A stretch of 63,657 nucleotides of DNA, filler included, from Octopus bimaculoides (GCF_001194135.2; 4 parts of 3 records of this genome joined end to end with filler, not necessarily neighbours in it); one strand, 5' to 3'; shown: positions 27,119 to 38,227, counted from the whole stretch's first letter. Numbers and translations: made by a program. The notes: generated by a model from the letters alone, not told the origin.

Positions 27119-28887
27119 ATAACTTGCGACAAACACATTGACGACGATTCAATAGCTAGAAATAGCAGCAACTACACCCCTACAAAAGGAAAGAATAAAG
27201 CCCTCAACCAATTCTGTGAGCACATCACTAATTACCCTTATCAACTCACAAATAAACAAAAACACAGACCAAACTTCAACAAGAGACAATGGAACGACCT
27301 TAACGAACTAAAAGAAGATAAAATCATAACAATCAAAGAGGCAGATAAAGGTAACGCAGTAGTCCTAATGAACACGAGGGACTCTAAAAACCTAGTACTA
27401 TATTTATTAGATGATGAGACATATGACGAAAAGGCCCCACACTATAGCCAACATAAAATAATGAATAATCTCAGGACATTAATTAACTTATACCGGGGTG
27501 GGCCCACAGACAAGGAATACGACTACATTATCAATTTCAAGAGTAAATCAAGTTTATTCTACGGAATCCCCAAAATCCACAAAAGCAGAATAATAAGCGA
27601 TGCATGGAAAGGAGCTACAGACATAATTATCAAGGTACCCTCACCTGATGACCTGAAACTAAGACCAATAATAGCAGGTCCAGCATATGAAACCCATCCC
27701 CTCAGCAGCTTCTTGGACACTCCACTGAAACCCTTCTTAAAACACATCAAAAGCTTTATTAGGGATAACCTGGACATGCTAAACCACCTCCCAAAAACGG
27801 TCAATGAAAAAATATTACTAGTATCCTTCGACGTAGTCAACCTATATTCAAATATCCCACACACTCTAGGAATAGGAACCATCACATTCTGGTTAGACAA
27901 TTACACATATGAACTACCCTCTTGCATTAAAAAAGAACTTATAATAGAAGGACTTAGATTTATCCGAGAAAATAATTATTTTATATTTAATAATGGATAC
28001 TTCCGACAAAAAAATCGGGAACTGCAATGAGAACACGGACTGCGCCTACTTTTGCGAACCTGGTAATGGGCTATCTTGAGATAAAACTATACCAGAGAAC
28101 ACTTGAGAAATATGGAAGCTCCTTTTCCACATACATACAAAACAGCTGGAAAAGATATTTCGATGACTGTTTCATCCTCTGGAATGAAAGTATAGAAAAA
28201 CTCAACGAATTCTAAACATTTCTAAACGGAATAAACGAAAACATCCAATTTACAATGGAATACAACAATCAACAACTACCGTTTTTGGATATCCTCATAA
28301 AGAAAGTCGGGAATAAGATAGAGACAGATATCTATTATAAACCCACTGACTCGAAACAGTACCTACCATTTGATTCTTTCTATCCGAGACACACCAGGAC
28401 TAATATCCCATTTTGTTTAGCCAAAAGAATATGCACTATAGTTTCAGATGCAGACACCCGTTATACACGACTCCAGCAATTGAAATCCACACTCATAAAT
28501 AGAAACTATCCACAGCCCTTAATCGAAAATACGATCCAAAGAGTACTTCAATTAAATACACAAGAACTTAGACAACCAAGACCCAAGGAGGAAGAAAAAA
28601 AAAACCCTGCCTTACATCTCCACACACAACCCACACAACAATGAGGCCTTCAACAACATACTCCACAGCACAGCTCTACTCAAGAAAGACCCCAAAATGA
28701 ACCAAATCCTCAAAACACATACAATAATCAAAAGTAAGAGGCAACCAAAATCAATGAAAAAGATTTTAACCCAGGCCAAATTACACTCAACAATAACCAC
28801 TAAACCTACAGTAAAAAATGCGGGAGACCCAACTGTGGGATTTGTGTCAACGTAATAGAAGGATCGGAACATCGATTAGAACAAGGC
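27119..28887 (+). mobile_element. Penelope-like retroelement (Neptune-type Cys linker), RT pseudogene, cut by a gap before GIY-YIG
   Basis: Open frame from 27119: ...IITIKEADKGNAVVLMN...LFYGIPKIHKS...LKLRPIIAGP...LLVSFDVVNLYSNIPH; frameshift in the A run near 28010; TAMRTRTAPTFANLVMGYLE...WKRYFDDCF; TAA at 28213; LPFLDILI...TDIYYKPTDSKQYL; frameshift near 28600; LPYISTHNP...KSKRQPKS...KKCGRPNCGIC. Confidence 0.95.
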
Positions 28888-29037
28888 NNNNNNNNNNNNN
28901 NNNNNNNNNNNNNNNNNNNNNNNNNNNNNNNTTAATTAATTAANNNNNNNNNNNNNNNNNNNNNNNNNNNNNNNNNNNNNNNNNNNNTCTTGTCTGTCTG
29001 TCTATCTATATGTCTGTCTGTCTGTCTGTCTGTCGGA

Positions 29038-29075
<38 letters not shown>

Positions 29076-29094
29076 ATCTAGCTATCTATCTAGC

Positions 29095-29335
29095 TATCTA
29101 GCTATGTCTGTCTGTATGTGTGCATCGCTACAGGTGTCTGTGTTTGTCCCTCACTACCACTTGACAACCGGTGTTGGTGTGCTTACGTCCTCCCAACTCG
29201 GCAAAAGAAAGGTCGATAGAATAAGTGCCAAGCTTAAAAATAAAACAAGTCCTGGGGTCGATTAATCCGACTAAAATCCTTCAAGACGATGCTCCAGCAT
29301 GGCCGCAGTCTAATGACTGAAACAAATAAAGCAGA
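29095..29335 (+). mobile_element. SINE 3' half (left arm of inverted duplication)
   Basis: cttgacaaccggtgttggtgtg...gctccagcatggccgcagtctaatgactgaaacaa. Confidence 0.85.
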
Positions 29336-29420
29336 AAAGGTAAAGATCACGTGATCAATCAGACTATCGGATGCTGTAATACAACGCTGGTCATGATGCA
29401 CTTTGCGTCGTTTTACCTTC

Positions 29421-29922
29421 TGTATCCGATGATCAGTAGGATTTCCGTTGGTCTTTTCTCTGTCTGCTCATGTGTTTGTCGTTGTAGTTGACGCTGCTTT
29501 GCTCTCGAGATTGCAACGGATTTTGGCATTGGAAACAGTAGTGCAGTGTGAGGCACCCCTCCTGACTTCTCCGCAATGGGGCAGGAAGCTTTTAGGCGGT
29601 CGGTTTTACCACAAGTAACATTTAGGTTTCCTACCCTCCGCGATATATATATACATGTATATTTATATGTGTGCGTGTGTGTGTGTCTGTGTTTCCCCCC
29701 CCCCCACCACCACCATCGCTTGTCAACCGATGTAGGTGTGTTTACGTACCCGTAAATTAGCGGTTCGGCAAAAGAGCCTGATAGAATAAGTGCTAGTCAT
29801 ACAAAGAATAAGTCCTGGAGTCGATTTTTTCGACTAAAGGCGGTGCTCCAGCATGGCCACAGTCAAATGACTGAAACAAATAAAAGAATAAAAGAATATA
29901 CATATGTGTGTGTGTGTGTATG

Positions 29923-29981
<59 letters not shown>

Positions 29982-29984
29982 GTC

Positions 29985-30020
<36 letters not shown>

Positions 30021-30350
30021 TGTGTGTATGTATTTACGTATATTTATAGACAGATCGACAGACAGACAGACAGACAGACAAAGGAAATATAGAGGAAAAA
30101 TGATAGAGAGTGAATATGATCCACGATCACTGGTATCTGCTTGCACTCTCCGAAATCAAAGAAATCTGGGATCGCATGGACCTTTTCCGGAGTCACCCAA
30201 ACCTGGTATTCTATTGAAACTCCTGTTCTGTTTTGTTCGGAGCTTGTTTTCAAGCCCCCAACATGCTCCTCGAGCATGGCTATTACTCTGGCCTGGTCCC
30301 TACGAGGTGGTACGTTTGAGACCCTGACCTTGGTCACACGCTGAGTGCTG
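29421..30350 (-). mobile_element. LINE ORF1 (L1/Tx1-like) fragment with CCHC zinc knuckle, split by an insertion at 29645-30119
   Basis: 30350-30128 reads RVTKVRVSNVPP...IPDFFDFGECKQIPVIV; 29636-29421 resumes EGRKPKCYL(C)GKTDRLKASCP with a 2-nt loss. Rejoining gives IPVIVEGRKPKCYLCGKTDxLKASC. Confidence 0.65.
29645..29895 (+). mobile_element. 5'-truncated SINE inside the ORF1 fragment
   Basis: cgcttgtcaaccgatgtaggtgtgtttacgtacccgtaaattagcggttcggcaaaaga...gactgaaacaaataaaagaataaaagaata. Confidence 0.9.
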
Positions 30351-30527
30351 CAGTCCATTCAGCTGTAAATAGGTAACCTTACGACGGACTTACTTTCCAA
30401 TCGAGAGGGGATGTTGGCCTGCTCTCCTAGCCAGCGTGGTGGGATCATTCGAAAGCTAAAACGACGTAAGGTGCATCGTGACCAGCGTTGTATAACAGCA
30501 TCTGATAGTCTGATTGATCACGTGATC
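30351..30527 (+). mobile_element. 3' part of a second SINE-like repeat
   Basis: cattcagctgtaaat...tctgatagtctgattgatcacgtgatc; its terminal 80 bp recurs inverted at 29341-29420. Confidence 0.55.
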
Positions 30528-30776
30528 TTTACCTTTTCTGCTTTATTTGTTTCAGTCATTAGACTGCGGCCATGCCGGAGCATCGTCTTGAAGGATTTTA
30601 GTCGAATTAATTGACCCCTGGACTTATTTTCTTTTTAAGCTTGGCACATATTCTATCGATCTTTTTTTTTTGCCGAGTTAGGGGGACGTAAGCACACCAA
30701 CACCGGTTGTCAAGTGGTAGTGGAAAACAAACACAGACGCACGCATCGATACATATTGACAGAGATAGATAGATAG

Positions 30777-30790
<14 letters not shown>
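30528..30790 (-). mobile_element. SINE 3' half (right arm of inverted duplication)
   Basis: Reverse complement of 29095-29340 with the same diagnostic deletion. Confidence 0.85.
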
Positions 30791-30810
<20 letters not shown>

Positions 30811-31649
30811 NNNNNNNNNNNNNNNNNNNNNNNNNNNNNNNNNNNNNNNNNNNNNNNNNNNNNNNNNNNNNNNNNNNNNNNNNNNNNNNNNNNNNNNNNN
30901 NNNNNNNNNNAATGGCCATTATTTATTGGCAACTCAATAGCACTTTCAATGTGTGTGTGTTAGAAATGTCAGACACTTTTCGCTCCCACAAGACAGTCTA
31001 ATTTGTTGACATAGAACAAACGGTTTTATTCACATTTTTTTTTTAATGTTTTTGACAGCACACTCCATTTTTTTGTCTTCTTGGATTTTATCTCCTCTAT
31101 TAATTGCTGGTCAGGAACTATATTTCGCTTTGCAACTATAATATATTACCAAGTATGTCAAAAGGCTTATAAATCAATACTGCGTTCTACTTTGTGTTAG
31201 CAGTGCATTGTTGTTCATTTTTAAGTGGGTCGCAGTATTGACTTATAAACCTTTAGTATATTATGAAGGTGAAACAAAATACGATGTCCGTGTAAGTAAT
31301 TAATATCTAGGTAGCAGTTGCCAGGAATTTATCTTCTTTGTTTAGCCTTCGCTTCAAACAACAATAGGTTATATAGTTCAGAGTATATATAAAATATCAA
31401 CTAATCTACATTCTTTAGTGTGTAACAATTATCTTTGATATCTAAACATTACCACTTATAAATTTTAAAAATATGTAACTGTTATACACTCTTTCACATG
31501 CAACTATTATCTGCCAATATTTACACACTTTAATACCTAAATATCATCAATTAATATAAACTCTTTTAATTATTATCAATCAATGTACATTCTTTTATGT
31601 GTAACAATTAATGATCAATAAGCATTCTTTAATATGTAGCGTTTATCAA

Positions 31650-31800
31650 GGCGAAAAGCTGGTAGAAATGTTAGCGAGTCAGACAAAATGGTTAGCGGCA
31701 CTTCTTTCGGCTCTTTGCTTACATACTTTCGGGTCGATAAAATGAGTACCAGTTGAAGACTGGATTTAAAACACTCCATTTAAATACTAATCCACTGAAG
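31650..31800 (+). mobile_element. Decayed tRNA-derived SINE
   Basis: ctggtagaaatgttagc...tttcgggtcgataaaatgagtaccagttga matches the 39929 family. Confidence 0.6.
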
Positions 31801-32059
31801 TCAATACTAGTCCCTTGTGTCGAAATCTGAAAGAAATTGTAATGATTGTCAATAAACCTACATTAAGTAACTTTTATCAGTGAACCGTTTTTAATATTGG
31901 GAGTTCGGGTTAAATTTGACAATAATTTACGTCTCCCCACTTTTTTTTCAGGAACAGCTTGATGTATTGGTGAACAGTCAACAACAATGGAAAGATTTAT
32001 AAAGATTAAAGATGTAGTTAGGAAGGATGTAGTTAGGAAAAAGTTAGTTGACATGGAAA

Positions 32060-33150
32060 AATGGAAGTCATCTGAATATTGGAATACTTGTTTCGTGATG
32101 ATTCGCGCCAGATATGAAAATTGGAATCAGAACCATTTTACGTTACCTGTGAGAAAAAGGAGTGTGAGGACAGCGGCAAAAAAGTTAATGATGTAGAAAG
32201 CCCAAAAACTGTCAACAAATGTGTAGCATAAAACTGGTTCAGTTTTTTCAAAGGTGAAACCAGCGTCGAAACCAAACCAGGGTCAGGGAAACCTTCTCTT
32301 GTGAAAGATGAAGCTTTGCTTGAAATGGTTGAACAACAGCCGAGTACAAAAAGCAGCCGTGCATTGTCAGCAGAGCTTGGTTCTTCACAAAGCTCTTTCA
32401 ATCGACGCCTCCATAAGCTCGGCCTTCTGAACAGACGCTGCTAAGAAGCTCCTCATGGATTAACCAATGACCAGGCTCAACGTATAAACACTCGCAAACA
32501 ACTCAGACAAATCCTCGAGATGCGTCGAATTGTAACTAAAGATCAAAAATGAATCTATTTCCGCAATTACAAGTTGAAAAATCAGTGGCTTCGTTCCTGC
32601 CAGGCTACAAAACTTGTCAAACAAAGGCAGTTTAAACAGAAGGTCATGTTGTGTGTTTGGCGAAATGGTGTGATGCACTTTGAACTTGTCCCAGATGATC
32701 ATGCTATGAACGTGAACATTTATGCTCGACAACTGCAGCGAGTGTATGATGCATATGGTGCAACTCGGCGTTAGTCAATGGAAGACTTGTACTCCTACAG
32801 CATAACAATGCTCCAGCACAACCTGCTAATGTAACCGAGCGCAAACTTGAGGAACCTTTGAGTAGAAGTTATTGCACGCGCAATAAATGTTGACTACATC
32901 CAGGTCTCGACTGTTTAAAATCTTACTTGTATAAAATTCCACCTGATAACGGTGGATTGTATATTATGTTATAATCTTTTACGACTACATTAAATACTTG
33001 AGGAACCGGTTGGATGTGCTACTTCACTCTGCTTACATCCAGACATTGCATCATCAGATTACCATCTTTTTCAAGCTTTGGCTCATTTTTTGCACGGACA
33101 GGGGTTCAACAATATGGAGGAAGTTGAAAACGAATGCAGGGAGTTTTTCT
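32060..33150 (+). mobile_element. Mariner (DD34D-type) transposase pseudogene, interrupted at 32857-32995
   Basis: Broken frames: KPGSGKPSLVKDEALLEMVEQQPST, RIVTKDQK*IYFRN, QKVMLCVWRNGVMHFEL, LLQHNNAP, RKLEE|GWDVL...PDIASSDYHLFQALAHFLHGQGFNNMEEV. Confidence 0.9.
32857..32995. mobile_element. Unclassified 139-bp element with 12-bp target duplication; second copy at 36704-36837
   Basis: ACTTGAGGAACC at 32845-32856 and 32996-33007; the internal sequence is shared with 36704-36837. Confidence 0.8.
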
Positions 33151-33169
33151 TGCGTCTAAACAAGCTAAA

Positions 33170-34078
33170 TGCATGCATGCATGCATGTATGTATGTATGT
33201 ATGTATGTATGTATGTATGTATGTACGTATTTGTGCATGTATGTATGTATGTATGTATGTATGTATGTATGCATGTATGTATGTATGTATGTATGTATGC
33301 ATGTTTGTATGTATAAATGTATGTATGCATGTATGCATGTGTGTATGTTTGTATGCATGTATGCATGTATATATGTGTGTATGTATGTATGTATGTATGT
33401 ACGTTTGTGTGTATGTATGAATGTATGTATGTATGTATGCATGCATGCATGTATGTATGTGTGTATGTATGTATGTATGNNNNNNNNNNNNNNNNNNNNN
33501 NNNNNNNNNNNNNNNNNNNNNNNNNNNNNNNNNNNNNNNNNNNNNNNNNNNNNNNNNNNNNNNNNNNNNNNNNNNNNNNNNNNNNNNNNNNNNNNNNNNN
33601 NNNNNNNNNNNNNNNNNNNNNNNNNNNNNNNNNNNNNNNNNNNNNNNNNNNNNNNNNNNNNNNNNNNNNNNNNNNNNNNNNNNNNNNNNNNNNNNNNNNN
33701 NNNNNNNNNNNNNNNNNNNNNNNNNNNNNNNNNNNNNNNNNNNNNNNNNNNNNNNNNNNNNNNNNNNNNNNNNNNNNNNNNNNNNNNNNNNNNNNNNNNN
33801 NNNNNNNNNNNNNNNNNNNNNNNNNNNNNNNNNNNNNNNNNNNNNNNNNNNNNNNNNNNNNNNNNNNNNNNGTATATATGTATGTATGTATGCATGTATG
33901 TATGTATATATGTGTGTATGTATGTATGTATGCATGTATGTATGTATGTATGCATGCATGTATGTATGCATGTATGTGTGTATGTATGGATATATGTATG
34001 TATGCATGCATTTATGTATGTATGCATCTATGTATGTATGCATGCATACATGTATGTATGTATGCATGCATATTTGTT
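33170..34078. repeat. (TATG)n / (TGCA) compound microsatellite spanning a gap
   Basis: Directly visible. Confidence 0.98.
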
Positions 34079-34240
34079 TAGATGCTTTCATATACAAGTT
34101 TCTTATATATTTAAATCTTTTTGCTTAAAACAGTTGTTTCTACCGATGTACACATTCCACGTAAGATTGCTGCTCTGTTATCTTTACATGCACACTGTTT
34201 TCTTTCTTTTTTCTTTCCTTCTTTCTTTCTTTCTTTCTTC

Positions 34241-34271
<31 letters not shown>

Positions 34272-34582
34272 TTATTTTGGAAATTTAGTGTCTTATATTT
34301 CTATTTTCTTCAGGAAGTTTATTTGCACAATCGACTAAAACTGCTTCAACTGAATAACAAGTGGATAAAATCAGATTTTCACTGTTACTCAAAAACTTTT
34401 TTGAAATCTACAAGTTGCGACTCATTACTTGCACGAGACTAACATTTCAAGTGAATCATTTGAATGATAAATATAAAAGCACCGGTCAGCAATTCCTTTA
34501 TGCTGCCGTCATTTTGTTTAATAACTTCCCAAGTCGTTATGCAACACCTTTTAATGTGTGACTAAAAGTGACATTAACAAAC

Positions 34583-34740
34583 AGGCGTGGCTGCGTGCTA
34601 AGAAGCTTGCTTCCGAAACGCATGGTTCCTAGTTCAGTCCCATTGAGTAGCACCTTGGGCAAGTGTCTTCTACTATAGCCTCGGGCCGACCAAGGCCTTT
34701 TGAGTGAGTATGGTGGGTGGAAACTGAAAGAAGCCTGTCG

Positions 34741-34771
<31 letters not shown>

Positions 34772-35205
34772 GACAGGCTTCATTCCTCCCTGTGCCTGTG
34801 AAATCTTGTGTTCCTGCCTCAAGGCTTTATTTCCACACACTCCAGTTTAATTTAATTCGTCCTTAGTCGAAAGACATCTGTTGTTATGTCCTGTTTTACT
34901 ACTTTTATTGTATTTGTATAACATTGTTCGTTTTTTTCCGTCCTTGTTTTTGTATACATTCGCTGCTTTCTTCCAAGGAATCTAATGCTGTTAGCTTAGT
35001 TTTTCCTTGGGGCTGGCCAGATTGGAGCATTATCGAGAATAACCAGCCAAAATTGCAAGGATAATCTGCATCTCGACTGAAGAGAGAAAACTTCGAATGA
35101 CGTGTCGTGTTTTCTTTGTATCGTCTATCTGGATGTTTTGTCCCATTCTTGTATCAACTAACTGTCTGGATGTTTTGCGTCCTTGTCCCATTCTGTATTA
35201 TTTAT

Positions 35206-35249
<44 letters not shown>

Positions 35250-36005
35250 NNNNNNNNNNNNNNNNNNNNNNNNNNNNNNNNNNNNNNNNNNNNNNNNNNN
35301 NNNNNNNNNNNNNNNNNNNNNNNNNNNNNNNNNNNNNNNNNNNNNNNNNNNNNNNNNNNNNNNNNNNNNNNNNNNNNNNNNNNNNNNNNNNNNNNNNNNN
35401 NNNNNNNNNNNNNNNNNNNNNNNNNNNNNNNNNNNNNNNNNNNNNNNNNNNNNNNNNNNNNNNNNNNNNNNNNNNNNNNNNNNNNNNNNNNNNNNNNNNN
35501 NNNNNNNNNNNNNNNNNNNNNNNNNNNNNNNNNNNNNNNNNNNNNNNNNNNNNNNNNNNNNNNNNNNNNNNNNNNNNNNNNNNNNNNNNNNNNNNNNNNN
35601 NNNNNNNNNNNNNNNNNNNNNNNNNNNNNNNNNNNNNNNNNNNNNNNNNNNNNNNNNNNNNNNNNNNNNNNNNNNNNNNNNNNNNNNNNNNNNNNNNNNN
35701 NNNNNNNNNNNNNNNNNNNNNNNNNNNNNNNNNNNNNNNNNNNNNNNNNNNNNNNNNNNNNNNNNNNNNNNNNNNNNNNNNNNNNNNNNNNNNNNNNNNN
35801 NNNNNNNNNNNNNNNNNNNNNNNNNNNNNNNNNNNNNNNNNNNNNNNNNNNNNNNNNNNNNNNNNNNNNNNNNNNNNNNNNNNNNNNNNNNNNNNNNNNN
35901 NNNNNNNNNNNNNNNNNNNNNNNNNNNNNNNNNNNNNNNNNNNNNNNNNNNNNNNNNNNNNNNNNNNNNNNNNNNNNNNNNNNNNNNNNNNNNNNNNNNN
36001 NNNNN

Positions 36006-36062
<57 letters not shown>

Positions 36063-36290
36063 TTGTGTATGTTTTTTGTGTCTGTGCTTGTCCCCCACCA
36101 CTGCTTGAAAACCGGTGTCGAGGTGTTTACGTTCCCGTAATTTAGCGGTACGCCAACGAGACCGGTAGAATACCAGGCTTAAAATGATAATAAGTACCGG
36201 GCTCGATTCATTCAACTAAAAAGTTCTTCAAGGTGGTACCCCAGCATGGCCGCAGTCTAATAACTGAGACAAGTAAAAAGGTAAAAAATA
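34583..36290 (+). mobile_element. tRNA-derived SINE with internal microsatellite: head 34583-34770, 3' half 36040-36290, with a nested repeat and a gap between
   Basis: Head ggcgtggctgcgtgctaagaagc...ggttcctagttcagtccc (A and B box-like); tail ccccagcatggccgcagtctaataactgagacaagtaaaa. Joining across the gap is inferred. Confidence 0.7.
34775..35200 (-). repeat. Unclassified dispersed repeat; homologue at 49605-50110 in opposite orientation
   Basis: Shared blocks (shown on this copy's + strand): ccttagtcgaaagaca, tgtatacattcgctgctttcttccaaggaat, ggggctggccagattggagca, tctggatgttttgcgt. Confidence 0.85.
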
Positions 36291-36703
36291 AAAAAAAGAA
36301 GAAAAAATAGAAATATAACTTAAAATATCTCAGTGCTCATTTTTATGTATTTAGATGAATGTTAAAGATGTCTTCTCATGTAGACTTTGTCTATACGTTC
36401 CATTATATAATATCTATTATATAATGTTCCATTATATAATGTCTTATACGATTTCCATCGTAAACTTACCAAATTTAAAACAAATGTCTACATGATCGAT
36501 GGACTTCTGATGAGTGGTATGCGGTTACAAATCTAGTAGATTTGACTGGCCTTTGATGAGAAAACAAAGTGATCGTCTGTTTACTGGCGTTATTACCCTT
36601 GTGATATTGGAAGTTATGGCTGATTGATAGTTAACGGGATCAGAGTATTTTCCTATCGAGCAGGGGTGGGGAAACAGAACGTAATGTATGCGTTTCCATC
36701 GAT

Positions 36704-36837
36704 TAGAAGTTATTGCACGTGCAATAAATGTTGACTACATCCAGGTCTTGACTGTTTAAAATCTTACCTGTTTAAGATTTCACCTGATAACGGTGGATTG
36801 TATATTATGTTATAATATTTTACGACTACATTAAATA
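36704..36837. repeat. Second copy of the 139-bp element
   Basis: tagaagttattgcacgtgcaataaatgttgactacatccagg...tacgactacattaaata. Confidence 0.9.
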
Positions 36838-38227
36838 GAATTCTACCGAAATAGCTGGCATAAATTTTAAACGTCATTCGTGTTTACTTTTATGTGTATG
36901 TGTGTGTATATATATGTATNNNNNNNNNNNNNNNNNNNNNNNNNNNNNNNNNNNNNNNNNNNNNNNNNNNNNNNNNNNNNNNNNNNNNNNNNNNNNNNNN
37001 NNNNNNNNNNNNNNNNNNNNNNNNNNNNNNNNNNNNNNNNNNNNNNNNNNNNNNNNNNNNNNNNNNNNNNNNNNNNNNNNNNNNNNNNNNNNNNNNNNNN
37101 NNNNNNNNNNNNNNNNNNNNNNNNNNNNNNNNNNNNNNNNNNNNNNNNNNNNNNNNNNNNNNNNNNNNNNNNNNNNNNNNNNNNNNNNNNNNNNNNNNNN
37201 NNNNNNNNNNNNNNNNNNNNNNNNNNNNNNNNNNNNNNNNNNNNNNNNNNNNNNNNNNNNNNNNNNNNNNNNNNNNNNNNNNNNNNNNNNNNNNNNNNNN
37301 NNNNNNNNNNNNNNNNNNNNNNNNNNNNNNNNNNNNNNNNNNNNNNNNNNNNNNNNNNNNNNNNNNNNNNNNNNNNNNNNNNNNNNNNNNNNNNNNNNNN
37401 NNNNNNNNNNNNNNNNNNNNNNNNNNNNNNNNNNNNNNNNNNNNNNNNNNNNNNNNNNNNNNNNNNNNNNNNNNNNNNNNNNNNNNNNNNNNNNNNNNNN
37501 NNNNNNNNNNNNNNNNNNNNNNNNNNNNNNNNNNNNNNNNNNNNNNNNNNNNNNNNNNNNNNNNNNNNNNNNNNNNNNNNNNNNNNNNNNNNNNNNNNNN
37601 NNNNNNNNNNNGGAGGAAACAGAGTCCACAGGCCCTCATTCAGAATCTCGGCAAGACGATTCGTCACATCTCTGACCAGCCACGTTTAGCGTCTCAAAGA
37701 CTAAGGGATTCCATACGATATCAAGTGGAAGATCTTAGAGCGGCTGGGACCTACATTAACGGGAGCGAGCGCTGCAATCTTGATGAGCGAGCAAGGATAT
37801 TCAAAGACTCTCTGACGCCTGGATCACTGAATACTCGCCAAGAGATTCTTAGTCCTTGCATCCATTTCAAACACTACCTGCTGAAAGCATGGGATTCCCC
37901 ATTCCCCGATTAGACCCGAGGGGTCCTTACGATCCAGAAGCAGCCCTAGTGATAAATCCTTGTTTCTCTTCTTTCGGTCCACAAAAAACTGCTCTAAGGG
38001 AGATAACCCGTCCTCATTGACCCCGGACTATTTATTCTTTGATGATTACTGATCAAATGACCGTAACGGATTCCTGCCTTCCAGAGACGAAGAGTTACAT
38101 ATGTCCTTGGTTTTAGAGTCTGAAGAGTCGTTCACGAGGTTAAGGCCTGTGTGGATGCAAAACCATTGGTCACTCTATGACCGGACATTAACTTTACTTA
38201 TAAAGGCATTACTGCTCTATGCTCTAA

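Noticed and set aside
28213-28215. In-frame stop in the PLE RT as possible selenocysteine recoding
   Set aside because: The codon is TAA, not TGA, and no SECIS was seen.
35070-35110. CTGAAGA-GAG-AAAA-CTT-CGAATGACGTGTC (and its homologue near 49720-49750)
   Set aside because: GAAU instead of GAAA and no helix I pairing in either copy.
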